The translations under genes were made by a program, and so were the position numbers. The notes under the pieces were generated by a model that saw only the letters and a program-made list of their open reading frames with translations, was not told the DNA's origin and made no database searches. This document shows positions 61,793-64,000 of a stretch of 64,000 bases of DNA, piece by piece (the stretch's first letter is position 1; the number at the start of each line of letters is the position of its first letter). Source of the DNA: an uncultured Bacillota bacterium (GTDB lineage: Bacteria > Sysuimicrobiota > Sysuimicrobiia > Sysuimicrobiales > Segetimicrobiaceae); contig CAWDRG010000008.1 in NCBI GenBank assembly GCA_963804645.1, positions 1 to 64,000 of the forward strand. Direction: 5' to 3'.

Positions 61793-62875
61793 TTATTGCC
61801 GCGCGAACGTCGCCACCCACACCGGCCCTGCGTTGTCTCCGGTGTCGGTGCCGAATGCGAGCCGGAGACCGTCCGGCGCCCACCGGATCACCATCGCCGT
61901 CCCGTGCTGCGGGAGCTCAGGACGGTAGTCGATCACCCTGAGGCGCGCCCCCGTCGCCGTGTTCACAACCTCAAGCGCGACCTCATCGGCCCCCAGGACC
62001 TCTCCGAATGCCAGCGACGGGCCGAACGGCGCCCACGCCAGCCCGGTGTAGGTGCCGGGGGGCGTGAGCGCCCGCCGCCCGCTCCCGTCGAGGCGGGCGA
62101 CCGTCACGATCCCGCGCCCGCTCGCGACGGCGTCGGGCGTCCCGCCGACGTAGGCGACCAGCGTCCCTGTCCGGTCGAGCGCGGGGCCGCTCATCGCCGC
62201 GTCCGTGAGCGCCGTGGTGATGGTCAGCGTCGGGGGCACCGCGCGGATCCGCAGCACGCGGGTCGAGACCGCGCCGCCCCTCGGCCCCGCGGCGATCAGC
62301 AGGCCGCGGCCGTCCGGCAGCCACACCAGCGCCCGCGCCGCCAGACCGTCCGGGAGCACGACCCGCCGCGGGGATCGCGCGGCGCCGGCCCCATCCGACA
62401 CGATGAGCTCATCGGCGTCGGAACCGCTCTGCACGTACGCCAACCGGCCGGCGCGGGGGGCCCACTCGACGAGCCGGACGTTCGCCGAGCCCGCAACCGG
62501 CACCGCTTCCGAGACGGAGGGATCCAGGGTGTACAGGGCCCCGCCCGCAACCGCGGCGAGCCCGGCGCGGCCGGGGCCCCACGCGACCGCGGTCACGCGT
62601 CCGATCGCCGCGAGGCGATGCGGGCCGGTCCCGTCGAGCGGCACCTGCCACACCCCGCCGTCGGTCCCGAGCCCGACGGCGTCGCCCCGCGGCGCCCATG
62701 CCGGCGGGCTGAGCGCGGGCAGGTCGTAGACGCGCGCGGCGCGCACCACCCGCAGAAACGGCGGGCCCAGATCCACGGGCGTCCGCTGCACCGTGCACGC
62801 CGCAAATGCGAGTGCGGCTGCGAGGAGGACCCCCGGCAGCCGCACGCGCACGCCCCGGACGCGGGGGATCAGCAC
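61793..62875 (-). CDS. Lipoprotein with TolB/PD40-like beta-propeller repeats
   Basis: Lipobox-like FAAC; repeated PAWAP.G, VEWAP, VWLPDG and RWAPDG. Confidence 0.65.
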   Translation of the reverse strand: MLIPRVRGVRVRLPGVLLAAALAFAACTVQRTPVDLGPPFLRVVRAARVYDLPALSPPAWAPRGDAVGLGTDGGVWQVPLDGTGPHRLAAIGRVTAVAWGPGRAGLAAVAGGALYTLDPSVSEAVPVAGSANVRLVEWAPRAGRLAYVQSGSDADELIVSDGAGAARSPRRVVLPDGLAARALVWLPDGRGLLIAAGPRGGAVSTRVLRIRAVPPTLTITTALTDAAMSGPALDRTGTLVAYVGGTPDAVASGRGIVTVARLDGSGRRALTPPGTYTGLAWAPFGPSLAFGEVLGADEVALEVVNTATGARLRVIDYRPELPQHGTAMVIRWAPDGLRLAFGTDTGDNAGPVWVATFARQ

Positions 62876-64000
62876 ACGCTATACTTGCCCTCCGCGAGAT
62901 CCCGGCAGAAGACGTGGATGCCGGCGAGCTCCCGGTCGACGACCTCCAGCACACGCCGCTCGACCGCGGACTTGCGCACGCCCTTCTGGGAGATGATCTG
63001 CGCCGCCGTGACGGGCTGGTCGATCGGCTTGCCGATCTGGCTCACCATCCAGATGTACACCTCGCGCAGTCCCGGGACTTCCTCGTACACCTTCTGCGCG
63101 ACCTGGTGCGTGAAGATCGAGTAGATCTTCCCGACGTGAGACACCGGGTTCTTGCCCGCGGCGGCCTCGGTGCCCATCGGCCGGTTGATCGCGATCACGC
63201 CGTTCACCTTGTTCCCGCGTCCGATCTGGCCGCTGTCGCCCGATTCCGCGGACGTCCCCAGTACCGACAGATACACGCCGTTGAGCCCGCGGCCGGGTTC
63301 GTCAAGGGTGTTGAGATCAAAAGAGATCTTGTCCATCGTGGTGCGCGAGGCGAGGAACTCCATCAGCGAGTCGTACAGCGCGCGCTTCCGGCGGAAGTAG
63401 TGCTCCTCCCCCTCGATGAACCGGTCCACAAACGCGACCGCGGCCGTGAGCCGCAGCTCGCGTCCCATGCGGACCCCCATGACCTTCACGTCCTCGCCGG
63501 CCTCGGGGAACTGCTCCTTGAAGGTGCTCGAGTTGATGAACTGCTCGGACTCGCGGACGAGGCGTTCCGTCTCCGTCGTCGGCCAGTACCCCACCGCGGC
63601 GGAGGTGTCGTTTGCCCCGGTGGTGTCTCGGCTGAAGATGTCGACCAGTTCCTGCGACCCCGGCTTGATCTCGTTCTGGTATGTGACGTGCGGCCCGTCC
63701 TGATCGTCGGCGCCGCCCGGGTCCACGAACCGGAGATTTTCGCGGATCCAGTCCTTCGCGGTCTTGATCGCGATCTCGCGAATCGGCAGCTCGCGGCCAT
63801 TCAGCCCGTACGCCGCGCGATCGCCGAAGATGAGTTTCATCGGCTCCTTGATCATCCCGCCGCCGAACTTGACCTGGGCGTCGCCCGCGACGAGAAACGC
63901 CTTGTCGATGTTGTGGTGCAGGATGTGGCCGAACTGGCTCAGGTACTCCTTGCTGAGGGCCACGGACACGCGGTCCATGATCGCGTCACAGATCGAATCC
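62869..64000 (-). CDS. mat: Archaeal-type S-adenosylmethionine synthetase (5' end outside window)
   Basis: [53 protein letters not shown]. Confidence 0.92.
   Translation of the reverse strand, partial: DSICDAIMDRVSVALSKEYLSQFGHILHHNIDKAFLVAGDAQVKFGGGMIKEPMKLIFGDRAAYGLNGRELPIREIAIKTAKDWIRENLRFVDPGGADDQDGPHVTYQNEIKPGSQELVDIFSRDTTGANDTSAAVGYWPTTETERLVRESEQFINSSTFKEQFPEAGEDVKVMGVRMGRELRLTAAVAFVDRFIEGEEHYFRRKRALYDSLMEFLASRTTMDKISFDLNTLDEPGRGLNGVYLSVLGTSAESGDSGQIGRGNKVNGVIAINRPMGTEAAAGKNPVSHVGKIYSIFTHQVAQKVYEEVPGLREVYIWMVSQIGKPIDQPVTAAQIISQKGVRKSAVERRVLEVVDRELAGIHVFCRDLAEGKYSVC

Noticed and set aside
60317..63124. 935-aa plus-strand ORF and similar long Arg/Pro/Ala-rich ORFs (e.g. 51396..53750, 37643..39688)
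   Set aside because: They lie antisense to well-supported genes, as expected from stop-codon scarcity at high GC.

Overview
High-GC bacterial window with Firmicute-like regulation (T-box, L20 leader, YqzL) alongside an autotransporter-type adhesin. Left to right it holds: (1) a giant (>3,590 aa, running off the left edge) beta-helical PATR adhesin behind a c-di-GMP-I riboswitch, split by three +1 frameshifts; (2) two GT-C glycosyltransferases, tyrS, a CDF transporter, mutS2 and a metalloenzyme; (3) a ~12.7 kb block built around two back-to-back fluoride (crcB-motif) riboswitches, each with its own sigma70 promoter and terminator. One riboswitch precedes a MoxR-DUF58-DUF4129-DUF6062 operon, the other a six-gene hydrogenase-4-like complex lacking NiFe ligands (Ehr type), and no known fluoride exporter is present in the window. 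This block is the best candidate for an undescribed system. Then (4) mpg, polX, cvpA, pheT, pheS (Phe T-box), a 42-aa YqzL-like ORF, a degenerate IS630, a TrmH-family methylase and rplT-rpmI-infC (L20 leader, ATC start); (5) a PP2C/STAS pair, mtnP, a PLP dehydratase, an Fe-ADH and a HAD hydrolase; (6) a second MoxR/DUF58/VWA cluster, FmdB, a beta-propeller lipoprotein and an archaeal-type SAM synthetase (partial). All family assignments come from motif recognition by eye; no searches were run.
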